A stretch of DNA of 64,000 nucleotides from an uncultured Bacteroidales bacterium (lineage in GTDB: Bacteria > Bacteroidota > Bacteroidia > Bacteroidales > UBA10428). This document shows, one piece after another, positions 1-9,243 of the stretch. The notes beneath the pieces were generated by a model. The model was not told the origin of the DNA and made no database searches. It worked only from the letters and a program-made list of their open reading frames with translations. Where the stretch lies: assembly GCA_964634105.1 (NCBI GenBank), contig CAZWIU010000007.1:2051-66050 (forward strand), given 5' to 3'. How positions within the stretch are numbered: the first letter of the stretch is position 1; every line of letters begins with the position of its first letter. The position numbers were made by a program, and so were the translations under genes.

Positions 1-987
1 GAACACACCGCCAATGCAGGCCCCCGATCTGCCATCACAAACCATTACATCCTGTTCCGAAAGTTTACGTTCAACACCATCGAGCGTAATAAAAGGAGTG
101 CCTTCTTTCAGCCGTTTTACTACAATCCGCTGATCATACAATTTATCGGCATCGTAGGCATGCAGTGGTTGACCCAGTTCGTGGAGAACATAGTTGGTTA
201 CATCAACAATATTGCTTATGGGTGTTAGTCCGATCGATTTAAGGCGACGCTGTAACCAATCAGGTGAAGGCCCGATAGTGAGATTGGTTAGTGTCACCCC
301 GGTAAAACGCCGGCAACCTGCCGGATCTTCGATTGCTACATTAATAATCAGGTTGTGATCGTCGGCCTTAAAAGAATTTACATCACATTTACGAAGTGAT
401 ATTTCACCCTGTTGTGAGAAGTATGCTGCCAGATCCCTGGCCACACCAAAATGCGATCCGGCATCAATACGGTTGGGGGTTAGTCCGATTTCATATACAG
501 TATCGTTTGTAATATTGAAATATTGTGCTGCCGGAGTGCCGGGAACAGCTTCTGCATCGAGTACCATGATACCTTCATGTTTCGTTCCCAGTCCTATTTC
601 ATCTTCGGCACAGATCATGCCCTCCGATTCTTCACCCCGTATTTTCGTTTTCTGGATTTTAAAACTTTTTTCACCCATGAACAGCTCGGTCCCTACTGTG
701 GCAACAAGAACTTTCTGCCCTGCAGCCACATTGGGCGCCCCGCAGACTACCCTGAGCGGCTTGTTGTTCCCGATATTGACGGTAGTCAGGCTCAGTTTAT
801 CTGCATTGGGGTGTTTCTGACAGGTGAGAACCTCGCCGACCAGAATCCCCCGTAAGCCACCTTTAATTTCCTCGTACTCTTCAACCGCTTCAACTTCCAA
901 CCCGATGCTTGTAAGTATTTCCGAAAGTTTTTCCGGTCCCACAGAGAGATCGATGAAATCTTTCAGCCAATGATATGAGATCTTCAT
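1..987 (-). CDS. pheT: phenylalanine--tRNA ligase beta subunit, N-terminal part (the rest of the gene lies beyond the window start)
   Basis: Reverse-strand translation from ATG (complement of 985-987) reads MKISYHWLKDFIDLSVGPEKLSEILTSIGLEVEAVEEYEEIKGGLRGILVGEVLTCQKHPNADKLSLTTVNIG... This is the canonical PheT N-terminus plus the OB tRNA-binding domain. The frame is open to the window edge, so it is absent from the ORF track. Confidence 0.9.
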   Translation of the reverse strand, partial: MKISYHWLKDFIDLSVGPEKLSEILTSIGLEVEAVEEYEEIKGGLRGILVGEVLTCQKHPNADKLSLTTVNIGNNKPLRVVCGAPNVAAGQKVLVATVGTELFMGEKSFKIQKTKIRGEESEGMICAEDEIGLGTKHEGIMVLDAEAVPGTPAAQYFNITNDTVYEIGLTPNRIDAGSHFGVARDLAAYFSQQGEISLRKCDVNSFKADDHNLIINVAIEDPAGCRRFTGVTLTNLTIGPSPDWLQRRLKSIGLTPISNIVDVTNYVLHELGQPLHAYDADKLYDQRIVVKRLKEGTPFITLDGVERKLSEQDVMVCDGRSGACIGGVF

Positions 988-1104
988 TCTGTAAATGTTT
1001 TATTTTCAATGTTAGTGAGCCAAAAATACATAATTTTTCTCAGGCCTGTGCTGTATAAGAAACTTAGAAATAAGAATGGCCTCAAACGACTTTACTATGC
1101 TCCA

Positions 1105-1141
1105 TAAAAAAAACAGAAATCACAGTGATCCGGATTTCTGT
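1105..1141 (-). terminator. rho-independent terminator downstream of the 1170-2306 gene
   Basis: Stem acagaaatc (1113-1121) pairs with gatttctgt (1133-1141). On the minus strand it is followed by a T8 run (A8 at 1105-1112). Confidence 0.7.
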
Positions 1142-1169
1142 TTTCATAATCTACGTTATATGTACACCC

Positions 1170-2306
1170 CTACTCAATCATTCTTTGGTGATAGGAATTA
1201 TGTTTTTTTTGTTCTGTATAGTCATCCCCTTTGATCAGGTAGTTTTTACGGATCCACTTATCTTCTTCTCCAGCCAACTGGGTTTCAAATTGAACAACAT
1301 TTTCTGTTTCGTAAGTTATCACGGCAGTTTGTTTATTTACTTTTGTACGTTCACCTGTTGTCTGATCAAATCCGCCAAGCATTGTCAGCACAGCTTCAGT
1401 CTTCACTTCCGTGAATAACAGATCCTTGTCATATTCGCTAATTGCTTCCACTATGATGGCATCAAAAAGTTTCTGCTTCAGACTATTAAACAAGGCTTCA
1501 TCGCTGTAAATATCAATTCCGTATAGCTCTCCGTTAATTGCATATGCAAAGCCAATCGTTCCTTCAGGCAGATTATTAAGTCCGGAAAGATGATCTCTGT
1601 ACTCCTTTGTAATATCTTCGAGGTCCTCATTTTCGAGCGTAAGCTGCAAGCTGGTTTGTGATGCATCCGACTGCACCTCAACAACTTCCCCTTTCATATT
1701 GCTTACACTTTTATTCAGCTTCTGTTGCTCCTCGGTAACCTTCTGCCACACTTCCGACTGATTTTTCTGATGGCGTGACGCCAGCTTCAGGTCTTTTGAT
1801 GAGAGTGTTTTAGTATTGTCGGAAAAATGCCCTGATTCCTCATCGCCGCGCTGCTGCCACCTACCCGATTCAACACAGTAGCTCTCCAGCGGAAGGTCTT
1901 TTTCTTTCGGCGAAACGATTACATCGTTGCCCATAGTCCTGTCCTGCCGGCCACCCTTTACAATATCGCCTGCTGCAATAAAAATATAATCGTCTGATAG
2001 GTTGTCGATTGCCAGCTGATTTACACTTCCTGTCTCTTTCACCACTACCTTATGTTGACGTATAGCTTCAGACAATTCAATAAATCTGGGCTGGTTGGCA
2101 CGCGATCGGGCAACGACAGGAAATACCTGCAGATTTTTATAGCTGTATGCATCACCAATTTTCAATGAATCATTATTTAGAGTAATGGGGGTATTTGATT
2201 GTGATAACTGCGGGTTGTTTACCTGAAGGCCGCATGTGGCAAGGCTGATTATCATAAGACCTGCAATTGCATAGTTACGACCTGAATGATTGAAATTATG
2301 GTTCAT
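1170..2306 (-). CDS. exported lipoprotein of unknown function (conserved hypothetical)
   Basis: 378-aa ORF. The N-terminus AIAGLMIISLATCG looks like a lipoprotein signal. I recognise no catalytic motif. It lies 22 nt downstream of, and co-oriented with, the vWA gene. Confidence 0.5.
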   Translation of the reverse strand: MNHNFNHSGRNYAIAGLMIISLATCGLQVNNPQLSQSNTPITLNNDSLKIGDAYSYKNLQVFPVVARSRANQPRFIELSEAIRQHKVVVKETGSVNQLAIDNLSDDYIFIAAGDIVKGGRQDRTMGNDVIVSPKEKDLPLESYCVESGRWQQRGDEESGHFSDNTKTLSSKDLKLASRHQKNQSEVWQKVTEEQQKLNKSVSNMKGEVVEVQSDASQTSLQLTLENEDLEDITKEYRDHLSGLNNLPEGTIGFAYAINGELYGIDIYSDEALFNSLKQKLFDAIIVEAISEYDKDLLFTEVKTEAVLTMLGGFDQTTGERTKVNKQTAVITYETENVVQFETQLAGEEDKWIRKNYLIKGDDYTEQKKHNSYHQRMIE

Positions 2307-2328
2307 GATGTTATCTTATTAATGTGAT

Positions 2329-3483
2329 TTATTCAATGGTAAAATTGCGCTCTTTCGCCTGATTCTTCAGGGCAGTTAAAATGGCCTGATCGAGCATACT
2401 ATGATCGCTTTCGGCAGCCTGTTGTTTCAAGACATATTCATCGCGCTGGCGATTTAATTTTTGTATTTCAGACTGGATATCGGCACGTTCTTTCGATTTT
2501 TGGGCAATATATGCTTCTCTCTGCTCCGATCCCATTTTCTGCATTTCTTCCGGCAAATCGGCTGAAGGTACTTTATTGATGTCGAAATCATTTTCCTTTG
2601 AGGCATCAACCAGATCCCACGAACGATTATCATAAGCTGCTGAACTTTTCGATACAGCGCGTTTTACATAGTTCACCGAGCCGTACTGCATGGCGTTGTC
2701 ATCCTGTTTCGATTGCATTTCCTTCTTCTCATATCCTCGTGAGCCATAAGGAATATAAGTATCGTTCAACAAACGGTTCAACTCGGCAATCCGATGGTCG
2801 TATGGCGATTCGATATACACTGTTTTGCGGTTCTGCTCAATGCTGGCATAGCATCCTCCTGTAAGGTCCGCTCCATGCTTCCAGGCAGTATTGATACCTT
2901 CATTAAAATCGCCACAATGAATTGTATTGATAATCACATGTTTCTCACATGCTAGGGTACAGGCTGTCCTGTAGCTGACTCTGCCCTGTGTAAATGGTTC
3001 GTTACCAGCAATATAGATGAGCTGCAGATCGTTGATAGAGTTGCTCCACTCGAGCTGTTTCAGCGCTTTCGAGATCACCTCGCCACAGAATTCATTACCT
3101 CCGCAGGTACGTAATTCGAACAAATCCTTTGATATCTGGTCGAGATCAGAGGTTAATGGAGTAACGAGCCGGATATACCCTTCGGAAGAAGGCAGGTTAT
3201 CGTTCCCATACTCATAGAGGGCAATCTGCAGTATAGGCCTTTCACTTCCGCATCGGGCATCGGAAAGCTCATTTACAATACTCCATAGTTGCGATTTGGC
3301 CTGGTCAATTAAACCATCCATACTATTGCTTGTATCGAGTAACAGTGCAATCTGAATTCTTCTTTTTCCATCGGGCTTTGTCGGAGCTGTCTGCTGACTT
3401 TTAGCCTGGTCGGCACAATGAGTAAACACTGACAGAAGAAGGGTCAGAGTTATGATCCGCATATACCATAATGTTGTTTTCAT
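2329..3483 (-). CDS. von Willebrand factor type A (vWA) domain lipoprotein with a C-terminal coiled-coil region
   Basis: Signal/lipobox LLLSVFTHC. MIDAS-type motif in IALLLDTSNSMDG (DxSxS). The C-terminal part is charged and heptad-like (EEMQKMGSEQREAYIAQKSKERADIQSEIQKLNRQRDEY). Confidence 0.75.
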   Translation of the reverse strand: MKTTLWYMRIITLTLLLSVFTHCADQAKSQQTAPTKPDGKRRIQIALLLDTSNSMDGLIDQAKSQLWSIVNELSDARCGSERPILQIALYEYGNDNLPSSEGYIRLVTPLTSDLDQISKDLFELRTCGGNEFCGEVISKALKQLEWSNSINDLQLIYIAGNEPFTQGRVSYRTACTLACEKHVIINTIHCGDFNEGINTAWKHGADLTGGCYASIEQNRKTVYIESPYDHRIAELNRLLNDTYIPYGSRGYEKKEMQSKQDDNAMQYGSVNYVKRAVSKSSAAYDNRSWDLVDASKENDFDINKVPSADLPEEMQKMGSEQREAYIAQKSKERADIQSEIQKLNRQRDEYVLKQQAAESDHSMLDQAILTALKNQAKERNFTIE

Positions 3484-3716
3484 ACGAATAATTTTTGTAA
3501 AACAAATTGATTATGAGGCTAAAAGTAGCGGGTATCGGCAAGTCATGAAAGCTAGAATTAGGGAACAGTGTATCCGGCTTAGGTAAATGTTAATTTCAGC
3601 AAGTAAAGTGTTTAAATCGCCTTTAAAAAAATTGAATTTCAGAGCTTTGTGTAAGGTTCGATTTTCTAAATGACCAATAAGTTCCTATTTTTACATCCAT
3701 ATTTTTTACATACGAA

Positions 3717-5693
3717 TTGAAAAACAGACTTTCACATATTCTGATTCTGTTAGCTGCTGTCATTTGGCTGCCTTCTGAAAGTAAAGCGCAGAAAGAAGAA
3801 CAATACAGTCGATCGAAACTGCAGGTTGAGTGGGCAAAAGTTGATATCCTGCTCGATTCAGCCGAGATGTACCTCGATACTAAACCCCAGGAATCGTTCG
3901 ATTTTGTTGAAAGGGCGCTTGAAATAAGCATCGTGGGAAACGACAGGTTGAACGAAGCCAGGTGCTATATCATGATGGGTAAGGTAAGCTATAATTTACA
4001 GCAGTACGATGTTGCAGCCAGCTATTATCAAAAAGCCGTTATGCGTTTGGATGAGCGGAATGATGTCCTAGCAGGAAAGCTATATCTGCTGCTAGGGCAG
4101 ACATATGAGAAGGCAGAAAAATACCCCGAAAGCATTGAATATTATAAAAAGTATCTTGCTTATGCCGACGACCGGGATATGGCCAGGGAGGTCATTTCGG
4201 CACGGTACGACCTGGCAAGGGTATATACTTCTTCAGGTCAGTATGATCAGGCACTCAGGCAATATGATGCTATTCAGAAACTGGAAGAGAGGCAAAATAA
4301 CCCGTCGGGTTTGGCGAATGTGAGTAACCTGAAAGCAGATATTTACATGGAGCAAAACCGTTCCGACGAAGCTATCAGAAACTATAAGAAAGCCGTTGAT
4401 CTCGCCAAAGAATCAAAGGATGAGGATGTTCAGACAAAATCGCTCCGGAGTCTGAGCAAGGCCTATAGAAGTAACCGGCAATATGAAGAAGAACTGGAAG
4501 TAAGGCAGCAATCGCTGGAACTGAGCAAAGAAGCCAACAAGCTGGAAGAACAGGCTGAGGACAATTTATCCATTGGCGAGATTTATCTGGAACAGTCGAA
4601 GCCTGAAGCTGCGGTTGAATATATTCAGCGTAGTATTGACCAATCGGAGCAAACCGGCAATATTGCGCAGAAAAGTATGGCACTCAAAACACTTTCTGAT
4701 GCATATAAAGAACAGGGAGCATTTGATAAAGCTTTAGATGCATACAGGGAATATACAACGCTGGTCGATTCAAACTATGCTCAACGTGAACGGGAATTGA
4801 AACACAACCTGGCCATCGTCGCATCAATAAACCGAAAATTACAGCGAATCGATCTGCTTGAAAAAGATTTTGAATTGAATCAAAAAACTATGGTTCTTCT
4901 TCAGAAAGAGCAGGAACTTAATTCGAAGGAATTAAGAACACAAAAGAAGATCACCTACTCATTACTTTTCGTAATTGCCGTTCTGCTTACAGCATCGTTT
5001 TTTGTATTCAGAAGCGCACAACTGAAGAAAAAAGCCAACATGCTTCTTGCACTGCGTTCGTTGCGGAGTCAGATGAATCCGCACTTCATATTCAACTCAC
5101 TAAATTCGGTGAACAGTTTTATTGCGCAAAATGATGAACGACAGGCGAACAAATACCTGTCGGACTTTTCACTACTTATGCGGCAGGTGTTGGAAAACTC
5201 AAAACATGATTTTGTAACTGTTTCCTCCGAGCTGGATATAATAGAGCTCTACCTAAAACTGGAACATTCGCGCTTCAGCGACAAATTCGATTACACAGTC
5301 GATGTCGACCCTGAGATCAACCTGAATGAAACAAGAATTCCTCCCATGCTGATCCAGCCCTACATTGAAAATTCAATATGGCATGGCCTGCGCTACCTCG
5401 AGACGAAAGGCCAACTGAGTATTACGCTCCAAAAAGCGAACGATTATATTACCGCAACCATTACAGATAACGGAATAGGAAGAAAACGATCGCAGGAACT
5501 CAAAACAAAGCATCAGAAAGCAGGAACCTCAACCGGACTGAAGAATACGCACAACCGGCTGAATATAATCAACGAGATATATAAGACGAAGTTCCACGTA
5601 ACTATTGATGACCTGAACATCCAGGATGGAACGGGAACTGTCGTAAAAATAAGGATCCCAGTGGATCAGAACATGAATATGAACGGACTATGA
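3717..5693 (+). CDS. TPR-repeat sensor histidine kinase, LytS/YehU (His_kinase) type
   Basis: 658 aa with a TTG start. It has a signal peptide, a long TPR-like region, one TM segment (ITYSLLFVIAVLLTASFFVF), then LRSQMNPHFIFNSLNSV (H-box of LytS-type kinases) and an HATPase region (ENSIWHG...DNGIG). Confidence 0.85.
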   Translation: MKNRLSHILILLAAVIWLPSESKAQKEEQYSRSKLQVEWAKVDILLDSAEMYLDTKPQESFDFVERALEISIVGNDRLNEARCYIMMGKVSYNLQQYDVAASYYQKAVMRLDERNDVLAGKLYLLLGQTYEKAEKYPESIEYYKKYLAYADDRDMAREVISARYDLARVYTSSGQYDQALRQYDAIQKLEERQNNPSGLANVSNLKADIYMEQNRSDEAIRNYKKAVDLAKESKDEDVQTKSLRSLSKAYRSNRQYEEELEVRQQSLELSKEANKLEEQAEDNLSIGEIYLEQSKPEAAVEYIQRSIDQSEQTGNIAQKSMALKTLSDAYKEQGAFDKALDAYREYTTLVDSNYAQRERELKHNLAIVASINRKLQRIDLLEKDFELNQKTMVLLQKEQELNSKELRTQKKITYSLLFVIAVLLTASFFVFRSAQLKKKANMLLALRSLRSQMNPHFIFNSLNSVNSFIAQNDERQANKYLSDFSLLMRQVLENSKHDFVTVSSELDIIELYLKLEHSRFSDKFDYTVDVDPEINLNETRIPPMLIQPYIENSIWHGLRYLETKGQLSITLQKANDYITATITDNGIGRKRSQELKTKHQKAGTSTGLKNTHNRLNIINEIYKTKFHVTIDDLNIQDGTGTVVKIRIPVDQNMNMNGL

Positions 5694-5819
5694 AAAAGAT
5701 TTGTAATTGAGTATCCCGAAGCATTGGGAGAGTAGTTGAGCTATTGACGAAACATTGCTGTCCGGGTAAAACGAATGGATAATCGTAACGTATGGTCATA
5801 GCAAGAGTTATTAGCATTA

Positions 5820-5955
5820 TTGATTTAGTGGGCTCAAACAATTTAAATTAGAATTTATGCTACAAGGACACTACGACACAATGGTTTCACAACTATGCAA
5901 CAGGCTAAATATAAACTTCTTAGTGTTTTCTTTGAGCCTTGGTGATTTAGTGGCA
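5820..5955. repeat. imperfect inverted-repeat element of the CACTAAG/CACAAAG word family
   Basis: gatttagtgg occurs at 5822-5831 and 5944-5953. ggctcaaa (5831-5838) is the reverse complement of tttgagcc (5931-5938). The arms aaggacactacgacacaatgg (5864-5884) and cttagtgttttctttgagcc... (5919-) resemble elements at 7871-7951 and 48225-48299. Confidence 0.5.
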
Positions 5956-6117
5956 TATAATTTTTTTAACTTTTAGCGGACAACAGTGATTGATGAAATA
6001 ATGAATCGGTAGAATGACAGATTTTTTTCCCTGACCAATCAACTATTCACTCATCAATTTGTCACCTTATAAAATGAATATCTGACCAACTGGAATAACA
6101 ATCAAAGATGAATATCA

Positions 6118-6861
6118 ATGCTAAAAGCAGTAATTATAGAAGATGAAGCGGTGAGCAGGGAAACCTTGCGGAACTACCTTACAAAGTATTGCAATGAAGT
6201 GCATATTGCAGGCGAAGCTGATTCGGTAAAAACGGGACTTGAAGTCATTGCCCGCTATAAACCCGAAGTTGTTTTTCTCGATGTTGAAATGCCCTATGGA
6301 AATGCTTTCGACCTGCTCGATCAGATTGAAGATAAGAACTTCGAGACTATCTTCGTGACAGCCTACGACCATTATGCTATGAAAGCCTTGAATTTCAGCG
6401 CCTCATACTATATCCTGAAACCCATTGATATAGACGAGCTGATAAAAGCCGTTAAAATAATTGCAGAGAAAAAGGAATCTAAGGAGCATGCCCTTCGTAC
6501 AAAAATCCTTATCGACAATATCCGGATTGAGAACAAACAACTGCAAAAAATTATGCTGCCAATGCTTGATGGTTTCGAGGTAGTGACTATCAGGGACATT
6601 GTCCGTTGCCAGGCAAATGATAATATGACCGATTTCTTTTTAAATGACGGATCGCACAGGTTGATCTGCCGTACCCTGAAGTATTATGAAGAAATATTGA
6701 ACGACCTGGATTTTATCCGGATTCATAAATCGCACCTGATCAACATACACTATTTGAAACGCTATAAAAAGGGAAAAGGCGGACAGGTTATAATGTCAGA
6801 CAATACTGTGTTGGAGGTTGCTCCAGCAAAAAAAAGCGTGTTACTGGAAAAATTTAATTAA
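6118..6861 (+). CDS. LytR/AlgR-family response regulator (receiver + LytTR DNA-binding domain)
   Basis: The N-terminus MLKAVIIEDE...VVFLDVEMP is a REC domain. The C-terminus ...FIRIHKSHLINIHYLKRY... is a LytTR domain. It is the partner of the upstream LytS-type kinase. Confidence 0.9.
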   Translation: MLKAVIIEDEAVSRETLRNYLTKYCNEVHIAGEADSVKTGLEVIARYKPEVVFLDVEMPYGNAFDLLDQIEDKNFETIFVTAYDHYAMKALNFSASYYILKPIDIDELIKAVKIIAEKKESKEHALRTKILIDNIRIENKQLQKIMLPMLDGFEVVTIRDIVRCQANDNMTDFFLNDGSHRLICRTLKYYEEILNDLDFIRIHKSHLINIHYLKRYKKGKGGQVIMSDNTVLEVAPAKKSVLLEKFN

Positions 6862-7016
6862 CAGCAGCTTGTTGATAAAAAAGATGTCCTCATACAGCTG
6901 ACTAATTTCCTTAAAATAAAAAACTTAGGTGAAAGTTTTCCGTATAACACCCCATGGTTAATACGGGTGTGCCCAATTTTGTGAATTATTTTCGGCACAT
7001 ATACTAATTATTAGTT

Positions 7017-7024
7017 TACATTTG
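7017..7024 (+). promoter_or_regulatory. candidate Bacteroidota -7 promoter box (TAnnTTTG) for pdaD
   Basis: TACATTTG lies 41 nt upstream of the ATG at 7065. Confidence 0.35.
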
Positions 7025-7064
7025 CTCGCATTAAAATAAACATAATCTTATGTAGCTTAATGAG

Positions 7065-7658
7065 ATGAACAAACTGTCGGTTAGTAATTTGCTTTGCGAT
7101 AGTTCTCGCGAGGTAAATAACCCCCAAAAGGGTCTGGTTATTGGTAATCGAATCCCAAAAGATTACTTTATTACTAAAGGAACCGGCGAAAGTGATATCA
7201 CAATACACGCAGGTTCTTATCATCTGGCCCTCAAAAATGCTGGCATCGAGAGGGCAAATATCATGACCTACTCTTCAATTCTTCCTTCCATTGCAAACCT
7301 GGTTGAGCAACCAAAAGAATTTACGCATGGCGCCGTAATTGAGTCTATTATGGCTGTTGCTCACGGCAATGCTGGAAATAGAGTATCGGCAGGTATTATT
7401 TATGGCTGGTTGCACAACAGGCAAACAGGTGAAAAATTCGGTGGTCTCGTCTGTGAACATAACGGCGATTACACCGAACCTGTGCTGGAAGATATGCTGA
7501 AAGCCAGTCTGAATGAGCTGTACTACAACGGGTTTGAAGAAGATTACAAGTTGGGTAAAATTACCCTTCTGAAAGAAAGCTTCATACCGAAAAAGAAGTA
7601 TGGAACTGCTTTGGTAGCGCTCTGCTTTACCAACTATTTTTATCCGATCATTCAATGA
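7065..7658 (+). CDS. pdaD: pyruvoyl-dependent arginine decarboxylase
   Basis: IPKDYFITKGTGESDITIHAGSYHLALKNAGIERANIMTYSSILP matches the PvlArgDC family, including the self-cleavage region. Confidence 0.8.
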   Translation: MNKLSVSNLLCDSSREVNNPQKGLVIGNRIPKDYFITKGTGESDITIHAGSYHLALKNAGIERANIMTYSSILPSIANLVEQPKEFTHGAVIESIMAVAHGNAGNRVSAGIIYGWLHNRQTGEKFGGLVCEHNGDYTEPVLEDMLKASLNELYYNGFEEDYKLGKITLLKESFIPKKKYGTALVALCFTNYFYPIIQ

Positions 7659-7870
7659 GAATCGCAGGAAGAATGGTTAACAGGATATAGATCCTTCATT
7701 TCTCCACATGATAAAGTTCTGGTTCCGGATAATGAAAACAAGCGTAATTATGGGACCAGTTTCTTTTTGTACTATTTTAGCAATGGAAATATTATTCACC
7801 CTTTTAACTACGAATCGGATGAGTGAGTATAACGATATACTTACTCAGGTTTTATAAAGCAATAATATGA

Positions 7871-7951
7871 AACCACAAAGTACACTAAGTTCACACAAAG
7901 CACACAAAGAAAAAGGCAACGAATAAGTTTAACTTTGTGTTCATTGTGGTT
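7871..7951. repeat. hairpin repeat element (AACCACAAAG...CTTTGTGGTT family)
   Basis: The left arm aaccacaaagtacactaagtt (7871-7891) and the reverse complement of the right arm aactttgtgttcattgtggtt (7931-7951) match at 18 of 21 positions. The interior contains cacacaaagcacacaaag words. Confidence 0.65.
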
Positions 7952-7987
7952 AATGATATTATAAAATTAATTGAAGTTTATTATAAA

Positions 7988-9004
7988 ATGAAAAAAGCAG
8001 ACCTATTAAAAGAGACCATCCAACACATCGACATCAAATCGTTTGATTCAACAGGCATCATAAATGCCATGCGCAAGATGTCATTTACCTCGCGCGATAC
8101 GGCCCGCGCTGCGGACATCCTGATGAAGATGATCAACAATCACAACTGCACCAACATACTCACACTGGCTGGCAGCACCAGCGCAGGAGGATGTATGCAG
8201 GTATATGTGGATATGATCCGCAGTAAAATGATCGATGTTGTTGTTGCCACAGGTGCATCGATCATTGACATGGATTTCTTTGAAGCGCTGGGATTCAAAC
8301 ACTATACAGGACGTACCGATATTTCCGATACGACCTTGCGCGAATTATATATCGACCGCATATACGATACCTTTATTGATGAAGAACAACTGCAGGTATG
8401 TGATGATACTATCAGGAAGGTGGCTGATACATTGGAACCAAGGCCTTACTCATCGCGGGAATTTATAGCCGAACTGGGGAAATACCTGGTAAAGAATTCC
8501 GTGAAAAAAGACAGTCTGGTACAGACAGCCTTCGAACTCGGAGTTCCCATCTTTTGCCCTGCCTTCTCCGATAGCAGCGCCGGTTTCGGATTGGTCAAAC
8601 ACCAATGGGAAAATCCGGAAAAACATGTTTCGATCGACTCGGTAAAAGACTTCCTTGAATTAACGAAGATCAAAATGGAGGCGCCAACATCGGGTTTGTT
8701 TATGATCGGGGGCGGTGTACCTAAGAATTTCGCACAGGATACGGTCGTATGTGCCGAAGTATTGGGGAAAGAAGTACCCATGCATGAGTATGCAGTGCAA
8801 ATCACTGTTGCCGATGTACGCGACGGAGCCTGTTCTTCCTCCACACTGAAAGAAGCCAGCTCATGGGGAAAAGTGCAGGTTGTCGATGAGCAAATGGTAT
8901 ATGCCGAAGCAACCACCGTATTACCACTGATTGTAAGCTATGCATACCATAATAAATCATGGCAGAAAAGGGAATACAAGCGGTGGAACGACTTCCTGGG
9001 TTAG
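7988..9004 (+). CDS. deoxyhypusine synthase family protein (bacterial DHS-like, probable homospermidine-type aminobutyl transferase)
   Basis: MKKADLLKETIQHIDIKSFDSTGIINAMRKMSFTSRDTARAADIL...LTLAGSTSAGG...MIGGGVPKNF is the DHS fold pattern. I place the start at the ATG at 7988 rather than the track start at 7937, which would run into the repeat element. Confidence 0.75.
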   Translation: MKKADLLKETIQHIDIKSFDSTGIINAMRKMSFTSRDTARAADILMKMINNHNCTNILTLAGSTSAGGCMQVYVDMIRSKMIDVVVATGASIIDMDFFEALGFKHYTGRTDISDTTLRELYIDRIYDTFIDEEQLQVCDDTIRKVADTLEPRPYSSREFIAELGKYLVKNSVKKDSLVQTAFELGVPIFCPAFSDSSAGFGLVKHQWENPEKHVSIDSVKDFLELTKIKMEAPTSGLFMIGGGVPKNFAQDTVVCAEVLGKEVPMHEYAVQITVADVRDGACSSSTLKEASSWGKVQVVDEQMVYAEATTVLPLIVSYAYHNKSWQKREYKRWNDFLG

Positions 9005-9161
9005 ATCTATGAGAGATAATTAACCCATAACGTAACAATTGCATCTGTTAAAAGGATGACCGATCCTGAACTTCATAAGGATGACTTTTATACAGAATTT
9101 TTATTGCAGGATTGTTCGGGTTGAAATTTAGTTTAGGCCCTGTATAACTTGCTGGCTGATA

Positions 9162-9197
9162 TATAGTTGAGGCAAGGCATGCCCTGCTTCAGCTATA
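9162..9197. terminator. long imperfect palindrome between convergent genes (probable bidirectional terminator / REP-like hairpin)
   Basis: tatagttgaggcaaggcatgccctgcttcagctata has 18-nt arms with 1 mismatch and 2 G-T wobbles, centred on GGCATGCC. There is no T-run. Confidence 0.45.
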
Positions 9198-9243
9198 CTC
9201 GTCCAAATCATTAACCCAAATTACGCATTAGCGCAATTTAGGA

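Noticed and set aside
7708-7857. 49-codon ORF (MIKFWFRIMKTSVIMGPVSFCTILAMEILFTLLTTNRMSEYNDILTQVL) between pdaD and the DHS-like gene. It could be a small membrane protein or a regulatory uORF.
   Set aside because: There is no supporting signal (no promoter box, no conservation evidence), and the region is AT-rich so such ORFs arise by chance. It is kept only as a note for comparative checking.
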